Of a stretch of 51,765 nucleotides of DNA, positions 28,806-36,128 are shown piece by piece. The stretch lies in contig JASHQZ010000055.1 of the NCBI GenBank assembly GCA_030038835.1, positions 1 to 51,765 on the forward strand. The letters run 5' to 3'. Origin of the DNA: a candidate division FCPU426 bacterium. GTDB lineage: Bacteria; Oederibacteriota; Muellerivitia; Muellerivitales; Muellerivitaceae. How positions within the stretch are numbered: the stretch's first letter is position 1; each line of letters opens with the position of its first letter. The notes under the pieces are model-generated. The model worked only from the letters and a program-made list of their open reading frames with translations. It made no database searches and was not told where the DNA came from. The position numbers and the translations under genes were made by a program.

Positions 28806-29213
28806 ATGGTTTCCTTTAAGCCCGAAGCCCAGTCTCAAATGATCTTTATTGCTGAAAAAGGTTATCCATATGAAATTTGCGGACTTCTGCTTGGAAAGAC
28901 CAGCAATGCTCGCTTGGTTACCGAGGTTTTTGAGTGTGGGAACCTTAATAAACTCAAGCCGGAAACTCGTTATGACATGGACCCCAAAGATTACTTGAAA
29001 GGAGAGGCGTTGGCCCGGCAAAAGAAGTTGGACGTGGTGGGCATTTTCCATTCCCATCCCGATCATCCCGATAAGGCCTCCGAAACTGACCGGCAGGCGG
29101 CTTGGCCGGGTTTTTCCTACGTCATCATGTCCATCCAGAAGGGCAAATTTTCATCGATGAAATCGTGGGTCCTCAACGACCAATCTCAATTCGACGAAGA
29201 ACCCATCGGTTAA
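28806..29213 (+). CDS. JAMM/MPN+ (Mov34, Mec-like) metalloprotease
   Basis: YEICGLLLG (Glu) plus HSHPDHPDKASETD, which matches HxH-x7-S-xx-D exactly. It starts 4 nt after the cysteine synthase stop. Confidence 0.8.
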   Translation: MVSFKPEAQSQMIFIAEKGYPYEICGLLLGKTSNARLVTEVFECGNLNKLKPETRYDMDPKDYLKGEALARQKKLDVVGIFHSHPDHPDKASETDRQAAWPGFSYVIMSIQKGKFSSMKSWVLNDQSQFDEEPIG

Positions 29214-29218
29214 ATCCC

Positions 29219-30046
29219 GTGATTTGGCTCGGGATGGCGGTGGTGGCCGGCTTCTTCAACGCCTTTTGGTCTGCCCTTTCCAAGAAACTTCTCGATCATC
29301 TTTCCGCCCGCGAATTCACCATGGTCTTCCGCATCCAGACCTGCCTTTTGCTGCTACCCTTCGCACTTTTTCAATGGTCCTGGATGACTTCCTGGAAGTG
29401 GTGGGCTTTCACGGTGGCTTCCGGTGTTTTTGAGGGAGGACGCATCTGGCTTTTGACAACAGGGGTTAAAAAGGACTATTACTCCACTTATGCCTTTTAT
29501 AACCTCGCGCCTTTTTTTACGGTGCTAGCCGCACCCCTTCTGCTCTCTGAACCCCAACCCCCAACTTTGATACTAGGGGGGATCTTGATCGCTTTGGGGG
29601 CTCTTGTCTTTCACAGCTTGGGTCGGTGGTCATGGCCCGGATTGATAGGTGCTTTGTTTTCGACCGTAGCGGCCATTCTCGGCAAAGAGGCACTTCGGAA
29701 CTCTCCTCCCCTTTTTTTCACTTTTTGCTCATTTCTCGTAGGCGCCCTGATGCTTATCCCCTTGGAGTCGTTGGAGCCCGAATCTCACAAAGGAAAACGC
29801 AAGATGGGCTGGAAGGATTGGAAAGAGGTGCTCCCGGTGGCCTTTTTGTCCTTTATTGCTTCTCTTCTTTTCTATGTGGCCCTGAAATATGCCCCGGTTT
29901 CAAAAATCAACCCCTTGGTGCGCGCTAACTTGCTTTTCGGCTTTTTGTTCAGCCATTACCTCCTAAAAGAAAAGGAAGGGTGGAAGTCCAAAGCCTTGGG
30001 TGGGGGACTCATTATGGCCGGACTCCTCCTAGTTGCCTTTGCATAA
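29219..30046 (+). CDS. EamA/DMT-family transporter
   Basis: About 10 hydrophobic helices arranged as two EamA-like halves. Start is the GTG at 29219 or the ATG at 29234, after the JAMM stop at 29213. Confidence 0.7.
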   Translation: MIWLGMAVVAGFFNAFWSALSKKLLDHLSAREFTMVFRIQTCLLLLPFALFQWSWMTSWKWWAFTVASGVFEGGRIWLLTTGVKKDYYSTYAFYNLAPFFTVLAAPLLLSEPQPPTLILGGILIALGALVFHSLGRWSWPGLIGALFSTVAAILGKEALRNSPPLFFTFCSFLVGALMLIPLESLEPESHKGKRKMGWKDWKEVLPVAFLSFIASLLFYVALKYAPVSKINPLVRANLLFGFLFSHYLLKEKEGWKSKALGGGLIMAGLLLVAFA

Positions 30047-30070
30047 GGCCTATAGGGTTTCCCATCCCAC

Positions 30071-30079
30071 TGTTACAAT
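30071..30079 (+). promoter_or_regulatory. Extended -10 element TGTTACAAT upstream of yjbQ
   Basis: TGnTAnAAT-type element 21 nt before the ATG at 30100. No clear -35. Confidence 0.3.
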
Positions 30080-30099
30080 AGCGACGCGAGGTGGAACCA

Positions 30100-30513
30100 A
30101 TGAAATTCCTGACCGAGTACATGTGGTTTAATGCGAAGAAGCACCGGGAATACGTCAACATTACCGCCGACGTGGAAAAGGCGATCAAGAAAAGCGGTAT
30201 CAAGGAAGGTATGGCCCTGGTTTCCGCCATGCACATCACGGCTGGGGTTTATGTTAATGACGCGGAAGATGGTCTGATCGCTGATATCGATGAGTGGCTT
30301 GAAAAATTGGCCCCTTACCGCGAAAACTACCGTCACCACTTGACCGGGGAAACCAACGGGGATTCTCATTTGAAGAGCCTGCTGGTCCACCATGAAGTGG
30401 TGGTCCCCGTGACGGATGGGAAACTGGATTTCGGACCTTGGCAACAGATTTATTATGCTGAATTTGATGGCCAACGCAAAAAGAGGTTAATCATTAAGGT
30501 GATGGGGGAGTAA
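30100..30513 (+). CDS. yjbQ: YjbQ/UPF0047 family (secondary thiamine-phosphate synthase) protein
   Basis: About 137 aa with [24 protein letters not shown] and the [16 protein letters not shown] motif characteristic of UPF0047. Confidence 0.85.
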   Translation: MKFLTEYMWFNAKKHREYVNITADVEKAIKKSGIKEGMALVSAMHITAGVYVNDAEDGLIADIDEWLEKLAPYRENYRHHLTGETNGDSHLKSLLVHHEVVVPVTDGKLDFGPWQQIYYAEFDGQRKKRLIIKVMGE

Positions 30514-30809
30514 TGGAACAATCAAATCCTAATTTTGAGAAATATGTGTTTGTCTGCACTAACGAAAGGCCTAACGGGGAACGGGTTTCCTGCGGCGGCA
30601 GTTTCTGCGGGACGGAACTTTCGGAGAAACTGAAGGATTCGGTGAAGGCCGCTGGGCAGGCGGGCCGTATCCGGGTTTCCAAGACCAAGTGCCTGGACGT
30701 CTGTGAGGAAGGACCCAATGTTCTGATTTATCCTGATAATGTCTGGTTAAAGCATGTGGGGTTGGCAGACATTCCTGCCATTCTTGAGAAATTGGGCATA
30801 AAACCTTAA
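30513..30809 (+). CDS. Thioredoxin-like [2Fe-2S] ferredoxin family protein
   Basis: 98 aa with FVCTNERP..G..SCG and CLDVCEEGPNVLIYP cysteine motifs. The ATG overlaps the yjbQ TAA (taATGg). Confidence 0.7.
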   Translation: MEQSNPNFEKYVFVCTNERPNGERVSCGGSFCGTELSEKLKDSVKAAGQAGRIRVSKTKCLDVCEEGPNVLIYPDNVWLKHVGLADIPAILEKLGIKP

Positions 30810-30891
30810 AATCACATTCAATAAAACTTGGATAGCGGATCAGCGGAACAGTTGACCGCAATTCCGCATTTAGTCCTTTTAACTGTCCACC

Positions 30892-30900
30892 TGTTTTAAT
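30892..30900 (+). promoter_or_regulatory. Candidate extended -10 element TGTTTTAAT upstream of ssrA
   Basis: It lies 39 nt upstream of the mature tmRNA 5' end. This would give a short leader containing the hairpins at 30909..30940. Confidence 0.25.
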
Positions 30901-30938
30901 GTTCAATTGCTCCGTGAATTTTGCGGAGCAAAATTCAC

Positions 30939-31280
30939 GGGGGTGACCGGTTTCGACTGGGAAACTGAACTTTTGGGTGCGTGTCGAGGCGCCATCGCTC
31001 GTCAAACATGGCAACGGTTTAACTGCCGACAATCAGTTAGCTCTGGCCGCTTAAGCGGCTAGCGTTCCGCCCTTGATGCCTATTAGGGGGAGGGAACGTA
31101 AGCAATAGGCTGGTCCGCAACAGGGTTGTTCCACCGATGGGCGGACGAGACCCATAGGAGCTGGCTCTCCGCCGGCCGCTCGGGAGCGAGCGGGGGGCGA
31201 GATTCTTTCCGGAGCTACGCACGTAGGGCCCATTACGGATGCTTTTCAGGACGTGGGTTCGATTCCCACCACCTCCACCA
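30939..31280 (+). ncRNA. ssrA: tmRNA (SsrA), tag peptide ADNQLALAA
   Basis: The 5' end GGGGGUGACCGGUUUCGAC pairs with the 3' end CACCUCCACCA, giving a G3-U wobble. The T-arm is GGGUUCGAUUCCCAC. The tag reading frame GCC GAC AAU CAG UUA GCU CUG GCC GCU UAA spans 31025..31054. Confidence 0.93.
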
Positions 31281-31289
31281 ATCATCATT

Positions 31290-31312
31290 CCTGCCGGGAT
31301 TATCCCGGCAGG
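31290..31312 (+). terminator. Strong hairpin just 3' of tmRNA (terminator or processing hairpin; no U-tract)
   Basis: CCTGCCGGGA-TTA-TCCCGGCAGG is a perfect 10-bp stem located 10 nt after the CCA end. Confidence 0.45.
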
Positions 31313-31337
31313 CCGCCAGCTAACAGCCAAGGAAGAT

Positions 31338-31883
31338 ATGAAAATTTTGAGGAACATCCTTATTACTGCTTCTGTTTTGATCATTTCGTTCATTCTCATT
31401 GATTTTTTGTTACCCACCCAATGGAAAGTTGAACGTTCGATTGTCATCAACGCGTGGGCCCAAAATGTCTATCCCTTAGTGGCGAACTTCAAGTCTGGAT
31501 GGCCCCAATGGAGTGCCTTTGATTTTGAAGATCCTTCCATTCAATATAGTTATCCCAGTCCCGAGGAAGGAGTTGGGGCCACCCGCTCCTGGGTTTCCAA
31601 AAAAATGGGTAACGGCACCCAAAAAACCATCGGGGCTGATCCGGCTTCTGGGATCACTTACCAGCTTCAAATGGTTCAAAACGGTTTTTTGCTGAATAGC
31701 CACCTCGCCTTTGAGCCCGTTGGGCAGGGGACCAAAGTTACTTGGACGGATTTCGGAGACACGGGCAACAACCCGATTTTCCGTTATATGGGTGCTTTAA
31801 TGGACAAAATGATGGGCGACATCTTTGAGAAAAGCCTGACCTCGCTCAAGCAAAAGGTGGAGACTCAAGGCCCCAAAAGTTGA
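31338..31883 (+). CDS. SRPBCC (polyketide cyclase/START-like) protein with an N-terminal TM anchor
   Basis: The ATG at 31338 follows the ssrA hairpin. The longer track ORF from 31239 would overlap tmRNA. The hydrophobic N-terminus is ILITASVLIISFILIDFLL, followed by a ~150-aa SRPBCC-like fold pattern (W.VERSI.INA....V...V.....WP.W). Confidence 0.65.
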   Translation: MKILRNILITASVLIISFILIDFLLPTQWKVERSIVINAWAQNVYPLVANFKSGWPQWSAFDFEDPSIQYSYPSPEEGVGATRSWVSKKMGNGTQKTIGADPASGITYQLQMVQNGFLLNSHLAFEPVGQGTKVTWTDFGDTGNNPIFRYMGALMDKMMGDIFEKSLTSLKQKVETQGPKS

Positions 31884-32311
31884 CGCTTTCCTAAGGGATG
31901 TTTTAAAAAAGCCAAATGTTGGACCGGTGATTTTCTAATGATAAGCGTTAAAGCTGGCTTGGTTGGCGCGCTCTTTTTTGTGGTTAATAAAATTATGAAA
32001 TACGTCATAAACGCGGTTGAAAGCCAATCTTTATCCCCTGGCGTTGATTTAACGCTTTAGACCGGTTTAGTTTTTGAAAAAATCGTCGTTAGAAATTCAA
32101 TCTAACATCTTGAAACCAAGCCTTGCCAGTTTAATCTTTGAAAAGATCAGAGCTTTTGTTAAACTAATTCAGCTTTCCAACCTTCGCTTCCACTTGGATT
32201 GTTTTTTCGTTTGAGGGGACTGCCCTGTCCCTTGGTAAGGGAGGATAGGTTGATTTTCCAAGCTCCACTTAAATGCCTACCTTAGACCAAAGTTGAAAGG
32301 GGCCATTTTTC

Positions 32312-33355
32312 ATGAAAAAAAACGCATCGTATTTCATTCTGGGGTTGCTCATACTGATGAGTTGTCGTATTGCGATGGCTGCGGGCCCCACCTATGTGAA
32401 GGACAACATCTTGGCTTCCGCCGAATGGACGAAAGACAACAGCCCCTATGTGGTTCAAAATGATATTATTGTCAATAAAGGGGTTGTTCTTACCATTGAT
32501 CCAGGCGTTGAGGTGCAGCTCGCTGCGGCGACGAACGGTAAAGTGGGCTCCGGGACCAACCTGGTGATTGAGGGCGGACTCAAAGCCGTTGGAAACGCTA
32601 CTACGCCTATTTCTTTCAATCCGTCGGTCACCGGATCCTTGTGGGGAGCCATTTATTTCTTGAATTCCGATTCCAATAACTGCCTTCTGCAGGGCTGTTT
32701 GGTGAAAGGAGGGAGAATCGTTTGTAACGGCTCCTCTCCCACTATTACCCAGTGCGCTATTTACGGAGCCAGGACAGGAATTGAAATTTATGCCAATTCC
32801 CAACCCCAAATCATCAACAACCGAATTACCGCGAATGGGTATGGAATTAGCCTAAGGGCGGATACCGCAAGCCCAGTTATTTCAAATAATGAGGTTTACA
32901 ATAACAATTATGGTTTTTATTTTGAAAATTTTGGCACACCTACGATTTCTGGGAACAAAATCTATAATAATTTAAAATACAACATGGTTAATTATTCGGC
33001 TAAACCCTTGGACACACCCAATAACGATTTTCGCGTGGCGGATGGTCAACAGATTGCCCGAACCATCTATGACGGCGCTTTTAACGCTACCTTGGGGCGG
33101 GTTAATTTTATGCCTTATGTGGGCATGCCCGCAGGCCAAGCCCAGGTTTCAACAACCATGGCAAGCGTTCCTGCCGGCGCAGCCAGTCAGGAAAAGCCTA
33201 AGATTCAACAAGAGGATTTTTGGAGCTACGGCCGGCCCTTTGACGCGATGAAGATCAGCAACGAGCAAGATAAAAGTAAGGATTCTTCCGGAACGGTCAA
33301 AGTGCTGGCGGTCGGCGCGACGGCCGTGGTGACAGTGGTCCTCCTGTTCCTTTGA
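32312..33355 (+). CDS. Secreted right-handed parallel beta-helix (PbH1/NosD-like) repeat protein with a C-terminal hydrophobic tail
   Basis: Signal peptide MKKNASYFILGLLILMSCRIAMAA. Repeated ~22-aa units follow (I.NN.I..N.YGI pattern: ITQCAIYGARTGIEIY, IINNRITANGYGISL, ISNNEVYNNNYGFYF, ISGNKIYNN). The protein ends in VKVLAVGATAVVTVVLLFL. Confidence 0.7.
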   Translation: MKKNASYFILGLLILMSCRIAMAAGPTYVKDNILASAEWTKDNSPYVVQNDIIVNKGVVLTIDPGVEVQLAAATNGKVGSGTNLVIEGGLKAVGNATTPISFNPSVTGSLWGAIYFLNSDSNNCLLQGCLVKGGRIVCNGSSPTITQCAIYGARTGIEIYANSQPQIINNRITANGYGISLRADTASPVISNNEVYNNNYGFYFENFGTPTISGNKIYNNLKYNMVNYSAKPLDTPNNDFRVADGQQIARTIYDGAFNATLGRVNFMPYVGMPAGQAQVSTTMASVPAGAASQEKPKIQQEDFWSYGRPFDAMKISNEQDKSKDSSGTVKVLAVGATAVVTVVLLFL

Positions 33356-33430
33356 CATCCTTCCGATCCTAAAAATCTGCCTTCCCGCGTCCGCCGGTTT
33401 TTCCACCCCAGGCGGCACAGAGTAAAGACG

Positions 33431-33803
33431 ATGGGCGACCCGGCCGTGAAACTCGAGAAACGAAAAGCTAGCCGCGTCGTTCTTTCGGTCCCTGTGCATT
33501 ACAAAATTTTCCAACTTGTGCGTTAGAGAAAGGTATTCAAGACGACACCTTGGGGTTAAAGGCTAAGCTTCAGGATTTCAGTTTGGGCGGCTTTCGATTG
33601 GTTTCGCCCGTAGCTTTCCGGCAGGGGAGGTCCTGGAAATTGAAGTTGAAATTCCGTGTAAAGCCCGTGTGAAGTCGGCGGCCAAAGTGGTTTGGTGCAA
33701 AAGGAATGAAACAGAGGCGAATTTTAGGTCGGGAATCCGTTTTATCCCCGTCTATAAGGATGACCCGAAGAAACTGGAAGATTACCTGAAAGGCAGCGGT
33801 TGA
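33431..33803 (+). pseudogene. PilZ-domain gene disrupted by a stop and two frameshifts
   Basis: Three frame segments are visible. (1) 33431..33523 reads MGDPAVKLEKRKASRVVLSVPVHYKIFQLVR and then a stop, and carries the RxxxR motif. (2) From 33526 the text reads EKGIQDDTLGLKAKLQDFSLGGFRLVSPVAFRQG, carrying the DxSxxG motif. (3) A third frame reads EVLEIEVEIPCKARVKSAAKVVWCKRNETEANFRSGIRFIPVYKDDPKKLEDYLKGSG and ends at 33803. Confidence 0.6.
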
Positions 33804-33806
33804 TCC

Positions 33807-34187
33807 ATGGGTTCACCCTATTTTCCCGACAAACGTATTGCACCCCGCTATCCGGTGCGAATCCATGTCCGTTTCAGGCTTTTGAAGTCGCCGGATGGCG
33901 AACCGCCCGAAGCCGACCTTCATAATGGCAACAACTTGATGTCAAACATCAGCCGGACAGGCTTTTTTCTTTCGACCAAGAACTATTTGGAAATCGACTC
34001 CCAAATCGAGGTGGAATTCCCATTGGAGGAATTCCGAAAGATTTTAAGGGCGGAAGCCCAGGTAGTGCGCGCCAACCACGCGAATTTTCCCAACCAAGGA
34101 CGCTATGAATACGGCCTGCAATTCCTGTCGATGCACCCGCATTTCCGCGAGACGTTGGATACCTTCCTGAAGGTGACTGGGGGATGA
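33807..34187 (+). CDS. PilZ-domain c-di-GMP-binding protein
   Basis: 126 aa with both binding motifs intact: RIAPR (RxxxR) and NISRTG ([DN]xSxxG). Confidence 0.8.
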   Translation: MGSPYFPDKRIAPRYPVRIHVRFRLLKSPDGEPPEADLHNGNNLMSNISRTGFFLSTKNYLEIDSQIEVEFPLEEFRKILRAEAQVVRANHANFPNQGRYEYGLQFLSMHPHFRETLDTFLKVTGG

Positions 34188-34229
34188 TGCGCCAAAAGCC
34201 CCCGTTTCCATGCGCTCCCGAAACCTTTC

Positions 34230-34258
34230 TTGTCCTCCCGCCCCAATTCGTGTAAGAT
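34230..34258 (+). promoter_or_regulatory. Candidate promoter of the skp-lpx operon (TTGTCC - 17 nt - TAAGAT)
   Basis: The hexamers sit at 34230..34235 and 34253..34258, about 100 nt upstream of skp. A CCTTCC-TTCG-GGAAGG hairpin follows in the leader. Confidence 0.3.
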
Positions 34259-34354
34259 TTGCCTTCTATTTCCGGCCCTCGGTTTGGGGGACTCCTTCCT
34301 TCGGGAAGGTCCAAAGCCACTGTGGGAGAGGCCGAATAAAACCAAGGAGCCTTT

Positions 34355-34867
34355 ATGCGCTGGATTTCTTTGCTGTGCTGCCTTTTAACCGCCTCGGTGG
34401 CTTCTGCCAAGGATTTGAGGATTGCGGTCGTGGACATGCAAAAACTTTTCAACAGTTACCCTGGGACACAGAGTGCCAAGGACAAGCTCAAGGACCTTGA
34501 ACAAAAGAAGATGAGCGATTTGCAGGATACGGCCCAGGAAGTGAAAGACTTGAAGAGCGACTTGAGTGATTCCACCGTCCTATCGGAGAAGGAACGGGCC
34601 CGGAAGGAAAAGGAGCTTCAGGAAAAGGAAGCCACCTTGGAACAGGCGCAGAACGATGCCCAGAAGGAATTGATGAACCAGGAATCCGAAATGACCCAGG
34701 ATATCGTGGACAAGATTAAGGCCATCGTGGCCGGTGTGGCCAAGGACAAGGGAATTGACCTGGTCCTGGACCAGGACAAAACCGTTTACGCCAAGGATGC
34801 CGTTGATTTGACCGACGATGTGTTGAAGACATTCGGTGCCGCCAGTTCAGACGGCGATTCCAAGTAA
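34355..34867 (+). CDS. skp: OmpH/Skp periplasmic chaperone
   Basis: Signal peptide followed by IAVVDMQKLFNSYPGTQSAKDKL and a long charged coiled-coil. It lies directly upstream of lpxD (classic synteny). AAGGAG RBS. Confidence 0.85.
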   Translation: MRWISLLCCLLTASVASAKDLRIAVVDMQKLFNSYPGTQSAKDKLKDLEQKKMSDLQDTAQEVKDLKSDLSDSTVLSEKERARKEKELQEKEATLEQAQNDAQKELMNQESEMTQDIVDKIKAIVAGVAKDKGIDLVLDQDKTVYAKDAVDLTDDVLKTFGAASSDGDSK

Positions 34868-35066
34868 TCACGGTCACAATTGTTCAGTCGGCTTTGAGCT
34901 TGGAAAAAACCACGGTGGCTTGCGTGGTGACTTTGCCGGAGCGGCTTCGGGGAGCCGGTAACATGGAAGAACGTCTTGAACCTTCTTCCCGATCCTTCCG
35001 CGCGTTGGTTGGGGAGGACAGGCGGCTCAAGGAAGCACCTTTCCCCAATTTATCAAGGAGCGGGGG

Positions 35067-36128
35067 TTGGTGAGCAAGGGCATTTCTTATTCTCTGGAAG
35101 ACTTGGCCGGGAAGATAGGAGCAACCTTCTCGGGTGAGGGCGCCCTTCATCTCACGGGGGTGGCGCCCTTGGATTCGGCTCGGGAAGGTGATCTCACTTT
35201 CCTTACCAATCCCCGTTACGCCAAGTTCGCGGAAAGGACCCGAGCTTCCGCTATTTTGTGTGAAAAGGCGATCCCGAAGGTCGCCAAATCTTTCTTGTTG
35301 ACTTCTAATCCCTATGCGGCCCTGGCCAAGGTCATTCCCCTTTTTTTCCCCCCGAAGACACCGATACCTGGCATTCGAAAGGGCGCCTGGGTGGATACAA
35401 CTGCTTCGGTTCATCCCCAAGCCTGCGTGGCGGACGGCGCTACAGTGGCGGCGGGAGCCCGCGTGGGGGCTCGAAGTGTTCTTTATCCCGGCGTCTATGT
35501 GGGTGAGGACGCCGTGGTGGGCGAGGACTGCTTGCTTTACCCCAACGTGGCCCTCCGGGAGAATTGCATCCTGGGTGACCGGGTGATTTTGCAGCCGGGC
35601 GCGGTGGTGGGATCGGACGGCTTCGGCTTTGCTCCGGAGGGCGAGGAGTACCGCAAAATTCCACAAGTCGGGAACGTGGTCATCGAGGACGACGTGGAGC
35701 TGGGGGCCAATACCTGCGTGGATCGGGCTGTCTTGGGAACCACCCGCATCGGCAAGGGAACAAAACTCGACAATCTCATCCAGGTCGGCCACAACGTGGT
35801 GATCGGCCACCATACCGTTGTGGCCGCCTTGAGCGGCATTTCAGGTTCCACCCAAGTGGGTAACCACGTGGTCATGGGGGGCCAGGTGGGACTGGCGGGC
35901 CACCTCAGGATCGGTGACTACGTGACCTTGGCCACTCGCACTGGCGTCATGGAGGATATTCCGGAGAAAGGTGTTTACTGGGGGTCCCCCTCGTCTGAAA
36001 TGTCCGTCGAGATGAAAAACGTGGCCGCTTACCGCCAATTGCCAGAACTCCTGAAGCGCGTCCGAAACCTGGAGAAATCCTTGGAAAAACTCCAGGGGCT
36101 CCAGGGAAAGGAACCCGATGGGAAATAA
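35067..36128 (+). CDS. lpxD: UDP-3-O-acylglucosamine N-acyltransferase
   Basis: N-terminus LEDLAGKIGA..SG plus a long hexapeptide-repeat left-handed beta-helix (IGDRVILQPGAVVGSDGFGF ... GNVVIEDDVELGANT). Confidence 0.92.
   Translation: MVSKGISYSLEDLAGKIGATFSGEGALHLTGVAPLDSAREGDLTFLTNPRYAKFAERTRASAILCEKAIPKVAKSFLLTSNPYAALAKVIPLFFPPKTPIPGIRKGAWVDTTASVHPQACVADGATVAAGARVGARSVLYPGVYVGEDAVVGEDCLLYPNVALRENCILGDRVILQPGAVVGSDGFGFAPEGEEYRKIPQVGNVVIEDDVELGANTCVDRAVLGTTRIGKGTKLDNLIQVGHNVVIGHHTVVAALSGISGSTQVGNHVVMGGQVGLAGHLRIGDYVTLATRTGVMEDIPEKGVYWGSPSSEMSVEMKNVAAYRQLPELLKRVRNLEKSLEKLQGLQGKEPDGK

Noticed and set aside
31037-31450. ORFs overlapping 30939..31337 (137 aa and 60 aa minus, 65 aa plus, and the 31239 start of the 214-aa plus ORF)
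   Set aside because: They overlap the tmRNA gene and its terminator hairpin. The SRPBCC gene is better started at the ATG at 31338.
31281-34200. Prophage or integrative element inserted at ssrA
   Set aside because: There is no integrase, excisionase, phage or conjugation gene, and no direct repeat of the ssrA 3' end is detectable by eye. Only the compositional shift is retained, as a low-interest finding.
33149-34452. Minus-strand ORFs of 121 aa (33149..33514) and 167 aa (33949..34452)
   Set aside because: They are antisense to the beta-helix gene end and PilZ pseudogene, and to the intact PilZ gene and skp leader respectively. No motifs are present, and the + strand features explain the sequence.
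34884-35813. 309-aa ORF on the minus strand
   Set aside because: It is antisense to lpxD, whose hexapeptide-repeat DNA keeps the opposite frame open. No domain signature is present.
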